Part shown: positions 52,069-64,000 of the stretch, one piece after another
Layout: each line of letters opens with the position of its first letter
Position numbering within the stretch: position 1 is the first letter of the stretch
Source: Eledone cirrhosa
Lineage: Eukaryota
Direction: 5' to 3'
Length of the DNA: 64,000 bases
Assembly (NCBI GenBank): GCA_964016885.1
Contig: OZ024743.1
Span: 320,726,001 to 320,790,000, forward strand
Notes under the pieces: model-generated
What the model was told of the DNA's origin: nothing
What the model saw: the letters and a program-made list of their open reading frames with translations, nothing else
Databases searched by the model: none
Position numbers and translations under genes: made by a program

Positions 52069-52890
52069 ATTAAAAACGACAAACACAGAGATATAATTAC
52101 ACAGTCGTATTAGTTTCAGGCTTGTTGAAAAAAGAAAAGGAATATCTCCATATATTTGATATGGGTCCTTCATTAGGAAAAGTAGAGTGAAGAGAAGAAG
52201 GTGATTTGCAAGGTTAAAGAGAGGAAGAAAGAGGGTTTACTAGGGTGGGTAAGGTGCATGACGAACCAATCTTGCGTGCTGATGTTGCCGACAAAGTAGA
52301 TGGGGAGCGTCGGAATCTATAATTGTTACTGGTATATTGTGTGTGTGCGCTTTTTTGTGAGTGTGTATGCATGTATGTGTGTTTTGGTAGTTTGCATTTT
52401 GTTCTTGATGATGTTATGTGTTTTGGTGTGTGCGTGTATGTATGAGTGTGGTTCGGTATATGTGCCTGTTTTGGGCCTGTGTTGATAATGGTGATATGCT
52501 TTTTTGTGTGTGTTTGTGTGTTATTGTATGTTTGTACGCGCATGTTGCTTGTGTGAGTTTATGTGTTTCCTTGTTTGTTTTTAGGTCTTATCCATATCTG
52601 GATGTCTCTGAAGGAATTTGCGTGAATTATTATTGCTCAATGTTTTGCAGGACATTGCTGGGGAAATAAGCAGGAAGTTATACACAAGCTACTATTGTGG
52701 GAACCACCTCACGGAAGATACCATAGAGGAAGACCTGCTCGAACATTCATCGATCAACTGTCAGATGATACAAACCTCAACATGGAGCAGTTTCCAGGAT
52801 TTGTGCAGAGACTGTCAGAAATGGTCGACTGTGGTCGCAATGATGATTAGTGTATGTTTATGTGTGGGTGTGTATGTTTATATATATAAA

Positions 52891-53551
52891 CAGTTATTGA
52901 CGCTCTGGGCGGTAGATATATTATCTTTAAAGCGTAGAAATATCCGAGACCCCCCCCCCCCCTCCGTAGACAACTGATGAGGAAGACTCCCCCGCCCTCG
53001 TTCTTGCTTTCTTCTTATTCCCACTCCATTTTGAGCTACCTTAAATAGCAACTACACAGCCATTTCTACTCTCCATATATTTTATGTTTTCGCTGTGACC
53101 ATTCTTATCTCCCCTTCTACCTACCTATTTCGCTACTATCTACTTTCACCCCTCTTTCTTCCTCTCCCATTCTCCCTCTCACTCTCACTACCTCGCCTGA
53201 CCCTCTAGTAGTCCTTTTCTCACTTACAACTGCTGGGATCAGACGTGTCTTTTTTCTCTCGACCGGACAGTCTTGGATTTTCTTAGCTTAAGTTGCTCGC
53301 ACATTGCTCGGTGGTTTGTTATTGTTTTTGCGGTGTTTTTTTTCAGTGTTCTCTTTTCTTCCCTTTTGTTTTCCTTCCCTTTTGTTCCCCCCTCCCTCCA
53401 CCGTTTTCCCAATAACTTATCCAGTTATTGACGCTCTGGGCGGTAGATATATTGTCTTTAAAGCGTACAAATATTCGAGAGCCCCCATTAGACAACTGAT
53501 GAGGACCCACCCCCCGTTCTTGCTTTCTTCTTATTCCCACTCCATTTTAAG

Positions 53552-53553
<2 letters not shown>
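52891..53553. repeat. ~140-bp direct repeats about 530 bp apart
   Basis: cagttattgacgctctgggcggtagatatatt...cccactccatttt at 52891 and 53422. Confidence 0.85.
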
Positions 53554-53616
<63 letters not shown>

Positions 53617-53794
53617 ATTTAGCTTCAAGCAAAGCTGATACAGATATGTATAGAAATTTCGTATTTCTAAAGAAACACGGTATGTTTACAGGGTAAACAT
53701 TTAGGACGCCGTAGCTAGGAAAATAAACACCGGGGCTACGGCTACGGTTTCTTAAATGTTTTACTAGCTCTAACAATTGGCAAGTAATCAGTAA

Positions 53795-53841
53795 ACTGCA
53801 CTGATGAAGGGTAATCACCCAGAAACATTAGTGCCTGCAGT
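53795..53841 (+). ncRNA. Hammerhead ribozyme with mutated cleavage triplet (GCC)
   Basis: actgca-CTGATGA-a gggt aatc accc a-GAAA-ca ttag tg-CC-tgcagt. Confidence 0.7.
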
Positions 53842-54008
53842 TCTGTTTGCATGCCAACACAAGATCGAGAATGAGGGGTTCATTCTATTGATATGGTTTA
53901 TAAAAGAGGCTGTTTGCATAATTGCAAACGAATCGAATATTATTATTAATATTCGAAAACCTCAGATTACATTTATTGTATTCAGCCATGAAGAGCAATA
54001 ACTAGTTG

Positions 54009-54047
<39 letters not shown>

Positions 54048-54053
<6 letters not shown>

Positions 54054-55284
54054 AGTGGAAGTCAGTAATTATCCGCAATTTCAGCACAATTTCCTCTAGG
54101 TTAGTCTCACAGCCTTCAACACTTTTGTTGTTACATAACCGAGGTTTGACCTTCATCCCTCCAGCTATACATCTCGTGTTACAATATGGCCACTCCACTA
54201 ACATTGTGCACCAATGAAGAACAGAGATCAGTGGTCCAACTTCTCTTGTCTGAAGGAGTGCGAGTGATTGAAATTCATCGCGGGCCTTCACTACAATGCA
54301 ACGACGACGCTCTACCACGTAGAAGCGTGAATGAGTGGATCGAGAAGTTTAATAATGACCAGACAGATGTGAGGCACGAAGAGGGAGCATAACGCCCATC
54401 AACCACCACTGTTGACGTGAAGTTTTAATGAGCTCGAGAGACCATCGATAAAGTGGTATGTTCTCTGCAAATTAGTCATGGTTCTGCATGCGAAATCATC
54501 CATGACAAGCATCCCTTCCATAAAGTCTGTGCGAGATGGATGAGAAGATAACTTACCGAAGCGCATAAACCCAATTGTGAAGCGGTCTATCAACGCTTAC
54601 TCTACTTTTACAACGATTGTGGTGAAGCTGTTTTGAAGAGAATAGACATAGGAAATGAGACCTGGGTCTAGTACTTTGAAACAGAATCCAAAAGGCAGAG
54701 TATGAAGTGGATATATCGAGGATAGTCAGCAAAATAGAAAATGAAGACTCAAGGTTCCTCAGAAAAATTGACGTTAACTTTTTGGGGGGACGCAAAGGGG
54801 CCTATACTGGAACATTACCTGAAAAACGGGTCTGCAGTGAAATACAGTAACCAGCAATTTGCACCAAACGCCGAGGTATATTGTCAAAGCAAGTGTTATT
54901 GTTGCACAACTATGCACGCCACCATACGGCCGCCCACACCTTTGAAACAATTGTAAAATTGGCTTTCGAGTTGCTGGAAAACCCTTCATAATGTCCAGAT
55001 CTCGCACCTTCTGACGATAACGTCTTTAGACCGCTCGAACATCCTTTACAAGGTAGTCGGTTTGTTACGGACGAAGAAGTGCAGCAAGCTGTGTATAAAA
55101 GGCTACGCGACTAGTCGGAAACCTTCTTCTCCGATGCAATCAGCAAGTTTGTAGACAGCGGGCAGTAGTGTATCGAAAAGCAAGAAAACTATATCGGAAA
55201 ATGATGTAAATGGTCAATCCCTGCTTTTGTTATAGCAAGTTACAGCAACAAGAATGCGTATGATTTTTTATTTAGTTTTCCCTC

Positions 55285-55287
<3 letters not shown>
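54048..55287 (+). mobile_element. Degenerate Tc1/mariner DNA transposon (~1.24 kb) in (TA)n
   Basis: EQRSVV, EIHR, EWIEKF, KVCARW, GNETWV, PDLAPSD motifs with stops; decayed TIRs. Confidence 0.88.
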
Positions 55288-55323
<36 letters not shown>

Positions 55324-55477
55324 GATAAATCTACCAAGAGTTTACGGTAGTGTCCAATCCGTATGAAGAACTCAATGTAATCCGGATATCATGGAAAGAA
55401 GAGATGCAATGAAAAATCACTTTCGGTGAAAGATAAACGGAATACAGAGTCAAGATAAAATATTAAAAAAATTATTA

Positions 55478-55623
55478 TTATTTCTGAAGACGGCATATAT
55501 ATGAGTTGGTATGTATATTTAATTTTGATAGTTTGTATAATTTTGTATAATTTTGTACATAGATCTGTTAAATATACATGCCAATTCTAACACATATATA
55601 TCCCAGAAACGATCGTTAAATAA
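55478..55623 (+). ncRNA. Hammerhead ribozyme with ~115-nt extended stem II
   Basis: ttattt-CTGAAGA-[long hairpin ttggtatgtatattta/taaatatacatgccaa]-GAAA-cg at cg-TT-aaataa. Confidence 0.7.
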
Positions 55624-55837
55624 TGAACTTTTTTTGTTTAATATAAGGAACTGTTTCATTGTTTTATTCATTATTTTTTTAATATTTTATATATATATAT
55701 ATTAATTTATCTATTAAAATAACAGATTAAAGTTTAAGCATAGAATCGCTGCTTTCACCCTTAACGGGATCTTCTGTTAAGGGTAAAAGCAGAAATTCTT
55801 TGCTTAAACTTTAACCTGTTATTTTATTAAAAAAAAC

Positions 55838-57024
55838 TCACATCAGACGTGGGCAGAAATATGGAACCGTGGACGTGTTCTTTGAAACACCACAGGAGAC
55901 CAGAGAGACTCCATGGCCTCATTAAGAAGTGACGACTTCACACTCGTCTCAAGCTATTGTGGCCAGAGACTCGTGAAGATCAGGGTGACCCACATTCCAC
56001 CGACCATCGAAATTCCCTGGCACCAAGATAATCGAAATAGCGAAAGAAAAGCAGGAGAACTGGTCCGGATCTGGGATGGAGCTCCTGATCCAAGCAGACC
56101 AAAAAGAGGAGATACCAGAGGTAATAGACTTCACTGACGGCAGCCACCTCACCGTAATCGTCGAGGGTAGAAGGCCTAGGTATGTTGTTTGTGGTGAAGG
56201 AACCCACCTAAGGGCTTTCTGCCCTCAGGCTAAAAGGTTGAGGCCACCTCTCTTACCCACACCAGTGACTCAACCATCAACAGCACCAGTAGCAGAAATG
56301 GCAGCAACAACTATAGCAGCAACAACAGAAGCAACTGTAACGGCAACAACTCCAGCAACACTAGCAAAACCACCACCACCACCCAACGCGCCAGAACTAG
56401 CACCAGCGCCTACACCATCTACCACGCCACAACCAAAACCAACGCCTGTGGAGGATTTTTCACTCCCCGACCTATCGCAACTGGAGATAGATTGTGACAA
56501 GAGGAGTGGGAAACGGTATCTGGAAAAAAGAAAAAAAAGAAAAAGAAAGCAAAAATGAAAAAAATCCTCTTCCTTCCCCCTCTAAAAACAAAATACAGAG
56601 GGAAAAAAATAAACTATCAAACAAAAAAGTTAGGACAGCTATGCCACCATCGACACCAGCATCACCAACCCCATCACCACAGACACCAACACCATCACCA
56701 TCATTAACCCCAACACCACCATCACCAACACCACAAAAGTCACCAAAAAGCGAAACAGAAACAAACCCACAACAAACGCAAACAAAACAAAACAACCAAA
56801 ACGATAAACACTACACAGCATTAAATTTGAACAACAAGCAATTATTACACTACATCCAACACAACACCAGCATCACAGAAAAAGACTACACAACAACCCC
56901 AAAATTCACACCACCTCCACACATACAAATCACTCGCATCACACAGAAAACGTACATGACACTAAAACAAAAATTCCCCAAAGACATCGGAGACTTCCGA
57001 CAAGCACTCTCCAGGAGGATTTAT
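55838..57024 (+). mobile_element. ORF1-only fragment of the (TTA)n-tail Tx1 subfamily
   Basis: Highly similar to 57908-59080; retains the knuckle region VEGRRPRYVVCGEGTHLRAFC. Confidence 0.9.
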
Positions 57025-60000
57025 ATTTGGCGACCTACGTAGTAAATCGTATCATCGCGAGCTCTGCAAAGGTTTGTTATTTCCGTTTGTTAAAAATTGT
57101 CATTTATGGAAAATTTTATTGTTAACTGTTTATAAGCACACATACATTGTTTTCCGAAAAGGACACACAAAAAGATTGGGGCCTTGTGCCCAAAATTTTA
57201 ACTTTTATTATTATCATAAAATTTCTTTGAAAAAAAATGGCTAATTCACCTCTGCACGAAGCAGCTGAAAGCCTTCCTCACAAAATAACACCTCACATCG
57301 ACACCACCATTGTAAATGTTACTACGTTTGCCAACACAAAAAAAAAATATAAGCAGTAGCAATATTTTAAATTTGTCTCAGGCAGACATTCATTTCCCGC
57401 CATTACCAATGACTGCAGGTGTTAAAGCCTCCACCACCACCACCACCGCGACAACCACCACCCCCACCACCACCGCGACAACAGAAACAAAAGAAGAAAA
57501 AAATAAATTAACTCGTGATGTCGAAATGAAATCAAGCAAAATGGACTCTTCCGCACCAAAGACGACTGACGTCACCACCACCACAACTGAAACTAAAATT
57601 AATATTAACACAAATAACGATAGCAACAACAACAACAATGACATTATAAAACCGACCCTCAGTTTCGCCATAGTAGCAAAACAGTTCGAAGCATTCACGG
57701 TAACTCAGGAGGATTTAGAAAATGCCAAACAAATGCTAAAGAAAGATGGGTACAGGGTCCCCCCCCCCACACACACACCTAATAAAATGGAGCATTGGCG
57801 CCTATGCACCGTGTCGTATAGAACAATAAATGTAAAATCGCGCCGAGTGGAACGGGCATCCGAGTCCCAAATCCAAAAAGCTTTGGGACATATGTGGGCA
57901 TGAAAAACCCACATCAGACGTGGGCAAAAGTATGGAACCGTGGATGTGTTCTTTGAAACACCAGAGGAGGCTAGAGAACACTCCATGGCCCCATTAAAAA
58001 GTGACGACTTCACACTCGTCCCAAGCTATTGTGGCCAGAGACTCGTAAAGATCAGGGTGACCCACGTTCCACCGGCCATCGAAATTCCCTGGCTAATAGC
58101 GGCTGTCCTCGCTGGCATCGAAGCCAACACGAAAATAATAGCAATAGCAAAAGAAAAGCAGGAAAACTGGTCCGGATCTGGGATGGAGCTCCTGATCCAA
58201 GCGGACCAAAAAAGCATTGAGGAGATCCCAGAGGTAATAGACCTCACTGACGGCAGCCACCTCACGCTAAAAGGTTGAGGCCACCTCTCCTAACCACCCC
58301 AGTGACACAACCATCAACACCACCAGAAGCAGAGATGGCAGCAACAACTGTAGCAGCAACAACAGAAGCAACTATAACAGCAACAACCCCAGCAACAGTA
58401 GCAAAACCAACACCACTACCACCACCAGCAAAACCGACACCACCACCACCCAACGCTTCAGAACTAGCACCAGCGCCTACACCATCCACCACACCACAAC
58501 CAAAACTAACGCCTGTGGAGGATTTTCCACTCCCCGGCCTATCACAACTGGAGACAGATTGTGACGACGAGGAGTGGGAAACGATATCCGGAAAAAAAAA
58601 AGAAACCAAAAAAGAAAAAATTCTCTTCCTTCCCCCTCCAAAAACAAAATACATAGGGAAACAAATAAATTAAGAAACAAGAAAGTTAGGACAGATATGC
58701 CACCATCCACACCAGCATCACCAACCCCATCAACCCAAACACCAACACCATCACTATCATTAACCCCAGCACCACCATCACCTACACAACAAAAGTCACC
58801 AAAATGCGAAACAGAAACAAACCCACAACAAACGCAAACAAAACAAAACAACCAAAACGATACACACTACACAGCATTAAATTTGAACAACAACCAATTA
58901 TTACACTACATCCAACACAACACCAGCATCACAGAAAAAGACTACACAACAACCCCAAAATTCACACCACCTCCACACATACAAATCACTCGCATCACAC
59001 AGAAAACGTACATGACACTAAAACAAAAATTCCCCAAACACATCGGAGACTTCCGACAAGCACTCTCCAGGAGGATTTATAAGGACATCCTTCCTGAGGA
59101 GGCCACAAGCAGTGAAAAGGATGGAAAAGCCGTCCTTCCCCTACGAGAAGTAAGGTAAGTGGTCTTTCCCATCTTTTCCACTCCTTTTCAACATGACCTC
59201 ACTCAGAATAGGCAGCATAAATGCGCGTGGCTTGGGGTCGTCATGGAAGCAGGGCCACCTGCTCAACGACCTCAGGTCACTAAACATAGATGTAGTGGCC
59301 ATCAGCGAGACCAAAATCTCCGAAGCACAGGCTTTCGCACCGATCTTCGGCGGCTACGATGTGTAGGCATCTCCCAGCCGTCCGGGATCGGGGGGAGGAG
59401 TTGCTGTGCTTTTTCGGAGAGGTTTGGATCTTGCCATACGGGCCATCTTCCTGGACCCAGAAGGTAAGTTGGTGGTGCTGGACGTGACCAGCGGAGACGG
59501 GCAAGCTTTCAGGTTAGTGGCCGTCTATGCCCCGACAGGAGCAGGGCGGCCTTATTTCTTCCGGCGTCTGGAGACCTTTCTTGGAACGTCCCGCTCTTTA
59601 GAGTTAGTGGGCGACTGGAACGGGATCTTAGATGCACGCTGGGATTGTGTGGGATTAGTGGATAGGGAAGGAGGGTGCAAGAGTCTCACCAACCTGCTCA
59701 GACGTTTTGAACTGTCTGACAGGTACCGAATGGATTTCCCGAATGTACCAATGTGGACTTGGACAAATCGCATAGGGTCATCCAGATCATATCTAGATAG
59801 AGTATTTTGTAGGGAAATAGATAGGTCTAGCATAGGCTGTCCACAATTCAAGATAGTCAGCTACACGGACCACAAATTCGTGATCTGTGTGCTTGACTTA
59901 GATAGGCTTCATAGACGAGGACCCGGCTACTGGAAGCTAAACGCGTCCTTACCAGCGCGCAAGGCCTACAGAGACCGGATTAGCGAACTAGTTAAGCGGG

Positions 60001-62843
60001 CGTTGACGGGGGCCATCGTCAACAACAAGTGGTGGTTTGCTCTGAAAAGAGCAATTAGAATAGAGTCCATTAGGTTTAGTAAGACTTTAGCAATAGAGAA
60101 AAATAGAGCAGAGGGAGAATTAGTTAAAAAATTAGATGAGGCGCTTAGCAAAGGCATCGCGACCGACGTACTTGCGGCGAAATTGGCCCTTGACCAATTC
60201 TTCAATGCAAAGCACGAAGGCTGCGTTGTCAGAGCTAGGGTGCGTGCTCTCAGACACGAGGGGACGAAAGCCGTTCAATGGGTTCGAGTGGCGGAGGCGC
60301 GTCGTGGCAACAAAGCCACGATCCGGTCTTTGGTGGACCACGACGGGCGCATGCTACTCGATCCCGGGCAAATGTGTGAAGCTTTTCAGCGACACTTCGC
60401 TCAACTGTTCGGGGGCAGTGGCGGGCCGGATCGAGGGATGGACTTTAGTGTCTACCTCGACGGACTGCCGCGGCTTTCGGCCACTGAGGCGGAGTGTTGC
60501 GAAAAGCCGATAACAACCGCTGAAGTACGGGATGCAATGACTAGTTGCACAAGGGGTAAATCGCCTGGTTTGGATGGTCTGCCCTATGAACTTTACGTAC
60601 AAATGCCAAACTTGTTCGGAGGCCTCTTGGCGGACGTCTACTGCAACTGGCAACAGAACGGGAGAATTCCCAGCTCTGTGAGCCGAGGAGCGGTGGCGCT
60701 GCTGAGAAAGGATCCGAACAAGGGGGATAACATAGATAATTTTAGGCCCATAACTCTGCTAAACACAGAGTTCAAGATTTTGGCCAAGGTGCTAGCAAAG
60801 AGGTTGGCGCTTGTCGTTGGTGGTCTGGTAGGAGAGGCACAGACATGCGCCATTCCCGACAGATCCATCCACGACAACCTCCACCTCATGCGATACATCG
60901 TAGAGAGGGTAGCTAGGGAACCTGGCACGGGTGGGTCTTTGATCAATTTAGATCAGTCGAAAGCCTTCGATAGGGTCGACCATCGTTACCTAACGGCAGT
61001 CCTGAGGGCGGCTGGCTTTGGGCCCGTCTTCAGAGGCTGGATCGCTGCCATGCACAGCGACATCTGCTCTGTAGTGAGAGTGAACGGTCACCTTTCGGAA
61101 CCGTTCAACATCATGCGCTCTGTCCGCCAAGGATGTCCCCTCTCGTCCCTAATGTACGTATTGACTCTCGAGCCATTACTGCACAAACTGGAGACGTTGA
61201 GGGGGGTCCCGTGCGAACTAGGATGCGGAAGATCCGTGTCAGCATATGCCGACGATGTCACCGTAGTGGTGTCGAACGCCAAACACATCGAGGCGATCGG
61301 CACTACACTAAGAGAATACGAAGCGGTGACAGGAGCAATGATCAACCAGGAAAAGTCAGTGGGCCTGCAGCTCGGCACCTGGAGAGGCAGGTCCATGCCG
61401 TCCAACAGCGTCGTCGGGCGCTGGACGGACGGACCGGTTAAATTGCTAGGGGTCTGGTTCGGTCCAGACCTCCAGACGGACAAAAACTGGGACGAGGTGA
61501 CGAGCAGGGTGGCCTCTCTCACCCAGAAATGGGCCGAGAGGAAGCTATCCCTGAAAGGTCGAGCGGGGGTGGCGAATGCGTACATCGCATCCGTCATCTA
61601 CTACCGCCTGACCGTCGTACCTTGTTCTAAGCCCCGCCTGACTGCGCTGGATCGTTTGCTCTTTCGCTTCTTGTGGAAGGGACGTGCTCCGATGGTCAGG
61701 CGGTCCATCTGCTGTCAACACCCGCTACGTGGAGGGCTGGGCATGCCGTGGCTGATGATGCGCAGACACGCGCTCAGGCTACGACATCTCCACCTCTTCC
61801 TCGACGGTGATCAGGTGTGGTCGCCGTTTGCAAGACACTTTTTCCCCAGCTCGTCTCCTTGACGGAGCTGCAGTCCTGGGTCAAGCGAAGACCGAGAGGG
61901 AGCGCTTGGAGACTGGAATGTCTTCAGGCGCTCACAGCCCTCGACCAATCGGGCAATGTGATCGGTGGAAACTCCACCTTGGCGTTCTATAGGGGATTAG
62001 TGGAGGGGAAGAGCGACGACGTACTTGGAGAAACTCTAGGCGTCGACGAAAATCAACTAGCCAATCTCTTCGGAAGGACTTTCGGGCCGGGGCCTATGGA
62101 GAACTTCCAGAAATCCCTGGCCTGGCAGTGCTACCGAGGAGCTTTGCCAGTTCGGGATAAACTCTACAGGCATGGAGGTGCCGTCAGCCGGGCATGTCCG
62201 AGATGCGCGCAGGGCGACGAAACCGTCCTGCACGCACTCGTCCAGTGTCCGAGCATTGCTGACTTGTGGGTTTATGTCGAACACCTGCTGTCACGTGTAG
62301 GACGGATCCAGCTATCAGCTGAGTCCATCGTGAGGATTGCCCCGCCTCCTTCCTTTAGCCTGGAAGGGCAGGCAGTTTTTATCTGTCTGGTGGCCATGGC
62401 GGAAGAGATAGTATGGTGGACACGTTTGAAAGGGCTGAAGACGAGCACTTACCTCTTCGGTGATGCCCTGATTAACTTTTTCAAATTTCATTTGAAAAGG
62501 AAAATCAGGGTAGAGAGGGAAGTGCTCTCTTCCCAGCATTTTGTTGAAAGATGGGTGAGAGAAGCAAGTATGGCCCGAATGAATGGGCCTTCTCTGAGTA
62601 TGTGTCTGTAAATTAAAGGTGGAAAACTGGGAGAGGGCACTTGCCCTGGTGGTCAGGGCCACTGTGGTCTTTTAATGGGCTTTCTCCACAAATGTCCCTT
62701 GGAAGTCTCCCCCCTATTGGGGAATTTTTCTTTGTTATTTTATTTCAACCTCTGTTTTTTTTTACCCATTTGTACCGTCCTGTATTGTCCTGTACTGTCC
62801 TTAATGTCTACTTTATGTGAACCCTTGTGGTTAATAAAGAAAA

Positions 62844-62886
<43 letters not shown>
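57025..62886 (+). mobile_element. Full-length, mildly degenerate Tx1 element E with (TTA)n tail
   Basis: ORF1 about 57237-59158 (frameshifts, knuckle deleted), ORF2 59193-62611, 3' cccttgtggttAATAAA + (att)n. Confidence 0.93.
59193..62611 (+). pseudogene. ORF2 (APE-RT-CCHC) of element E
   Basis: MTSLRIGSINARGL start; in-frame TAG at 59364-59366; frameshift near 61845; YADD intact. Confidence 0.92.
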
Positions 62887-62892
62887 TTTTTA

Positions 62893-64000
62893 GTCTCAGT
62901 CATTGATGTTAGTTAACTGGAAAGTTTATTGAAATGAATATCAAGCCACTACCTGCAGCCTCAGGCATTCCGGACGTATCGGAGGGTTCTTGCTGTCCCC
63001 AGCAAGCATGCTTTTTGAAGCGTTCCAAAAACCGTGAAGGGGCCAATTTTCTTTAACCATCCCTGGAAACTTTTTGAGATAGTCCCTAGTGCGCCTATGA
63101 CAATCGGGATCACTTTGACTTCATGGCAGTTCCAAATCCTTTTTACCTCCCATTTTAAGTCCTGGTATCGGTTAATTTTCTCCCTCTCCTTCTCTTGCAC
63201 TCTCGTGTCGAATGGGCAGGCCACATCCACAATCAGGCACGATCTTTTTTCTTTGTCCAAAACCACCAGGTCAGGTCTATTGTGTTCCAGTTTCTTGTCC
63301 GTCTGTTTCCTAAAATCCCACAGCACCTTCACCTGATCGTTTTCTATCACCGCATCTGGCTTATGCTCATACCACTTCTCAGAATGTGGTAAATTGTTTA
63401 CTTTGCATAGGTGCCAGTGGAACACCCTGCCTATCACATCATGTCTCCAGCCCTTATAATGAGTCTGGGCTAGGTGTTTACGCTCGGATACAATGTGAGC
63501 CACAGTCTCCTCTCTCTCTCCACAGATCCGGCACAGTGGGCTAGCCTCCTTCTTGTAAATGTGGTGTTTCAACCACTTCGTTTTGAGGGCCTGCTCCTGC
63601 GCAGCCATTAACATTCCTTCTGTAGCCTTTTTAAGATCTCTCTTTTCAACCAGTTCCATGTCTGTGGATCTCTAAATTCAATTTTCTCAAAGAAGGTACT
63701 ATGAAGGGATTTTTCCTGAAGGCTGCTCTTTCTCCTTGATGTTATTTCCTCCTTGGACATCCCCTGGACTATTGTCCCCTCCTTCAGTACAGTTCTGAGC
63801 ATTGGCTCCTAACTATCAGTCACGTATATGTGTAGGTTGTTTTTCTCCATCTGAACACAGTTCTCTATTCTGATAAGACCTCTTCCACCTTCAGATCTCC
63901 TTAAGTAGAGTCTATCGACATCACTCCTCTTGTGGAACATATTGTAGATAGTCAATAGCTTCCTAGTCTTTCTATCCATTTCTTTTTGTTCAGCAACATT
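62893..64000 (-). mobile_element. R4/Dong-like non-LTR retrotransposon 3' part (CCHC + PD-(D/E)xK endonuclease); runs off the window
   Basis: AAQEQAL, CRICGEREETVAHIVS, RHD, VLWDF, NRPDLVV, VDVACP, EKINRY, PIVIGALG; AATAAA then (TAA)n. Confidence 0.88.

Noticed and set aside
53238-53260. atcagacgtgt, matching the Tx1 5' motif
   Set aside because: Only 11 nt with no downstream homology

Overview
AT-rich metazoan genomic DNA, most likely an octopus/cephalopod (inferred only from the (TA)n/(GATA)n density and an OK/OR-like tRNA SINE). It is almost entirely retroelements and microsatellites. Main contents: (1) a 20-kb head-to-tail array of four Tx1/L1-clade LINEs (13.3-33.7 kb, minus strand), every junction being a (GATA)n tract, the first copy with intact ORF1 and ORF2; (2) a second Tx1 subfamily with (TTA)n tails (7.7-10.0 kb, 55.8-62.9 kb), one copy sharing its tail tail-to-tail with an R4/Dong-like element; (3) several Penelope-like elements (PLEs) and about 18 hand-folded type I hammerhead ribozyme motifs, including core variants; (4) RTE, CRE, mariner and SINE relics; (5) many local fold-back duplications; (6) one candidate host-gene segment with a PAN/apple-like Cys-rich exon at about 10.4-10.6 kb. 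All calls come from reading the sequence by eye. No database searches or folding programs were run, so boundaries are approximate.
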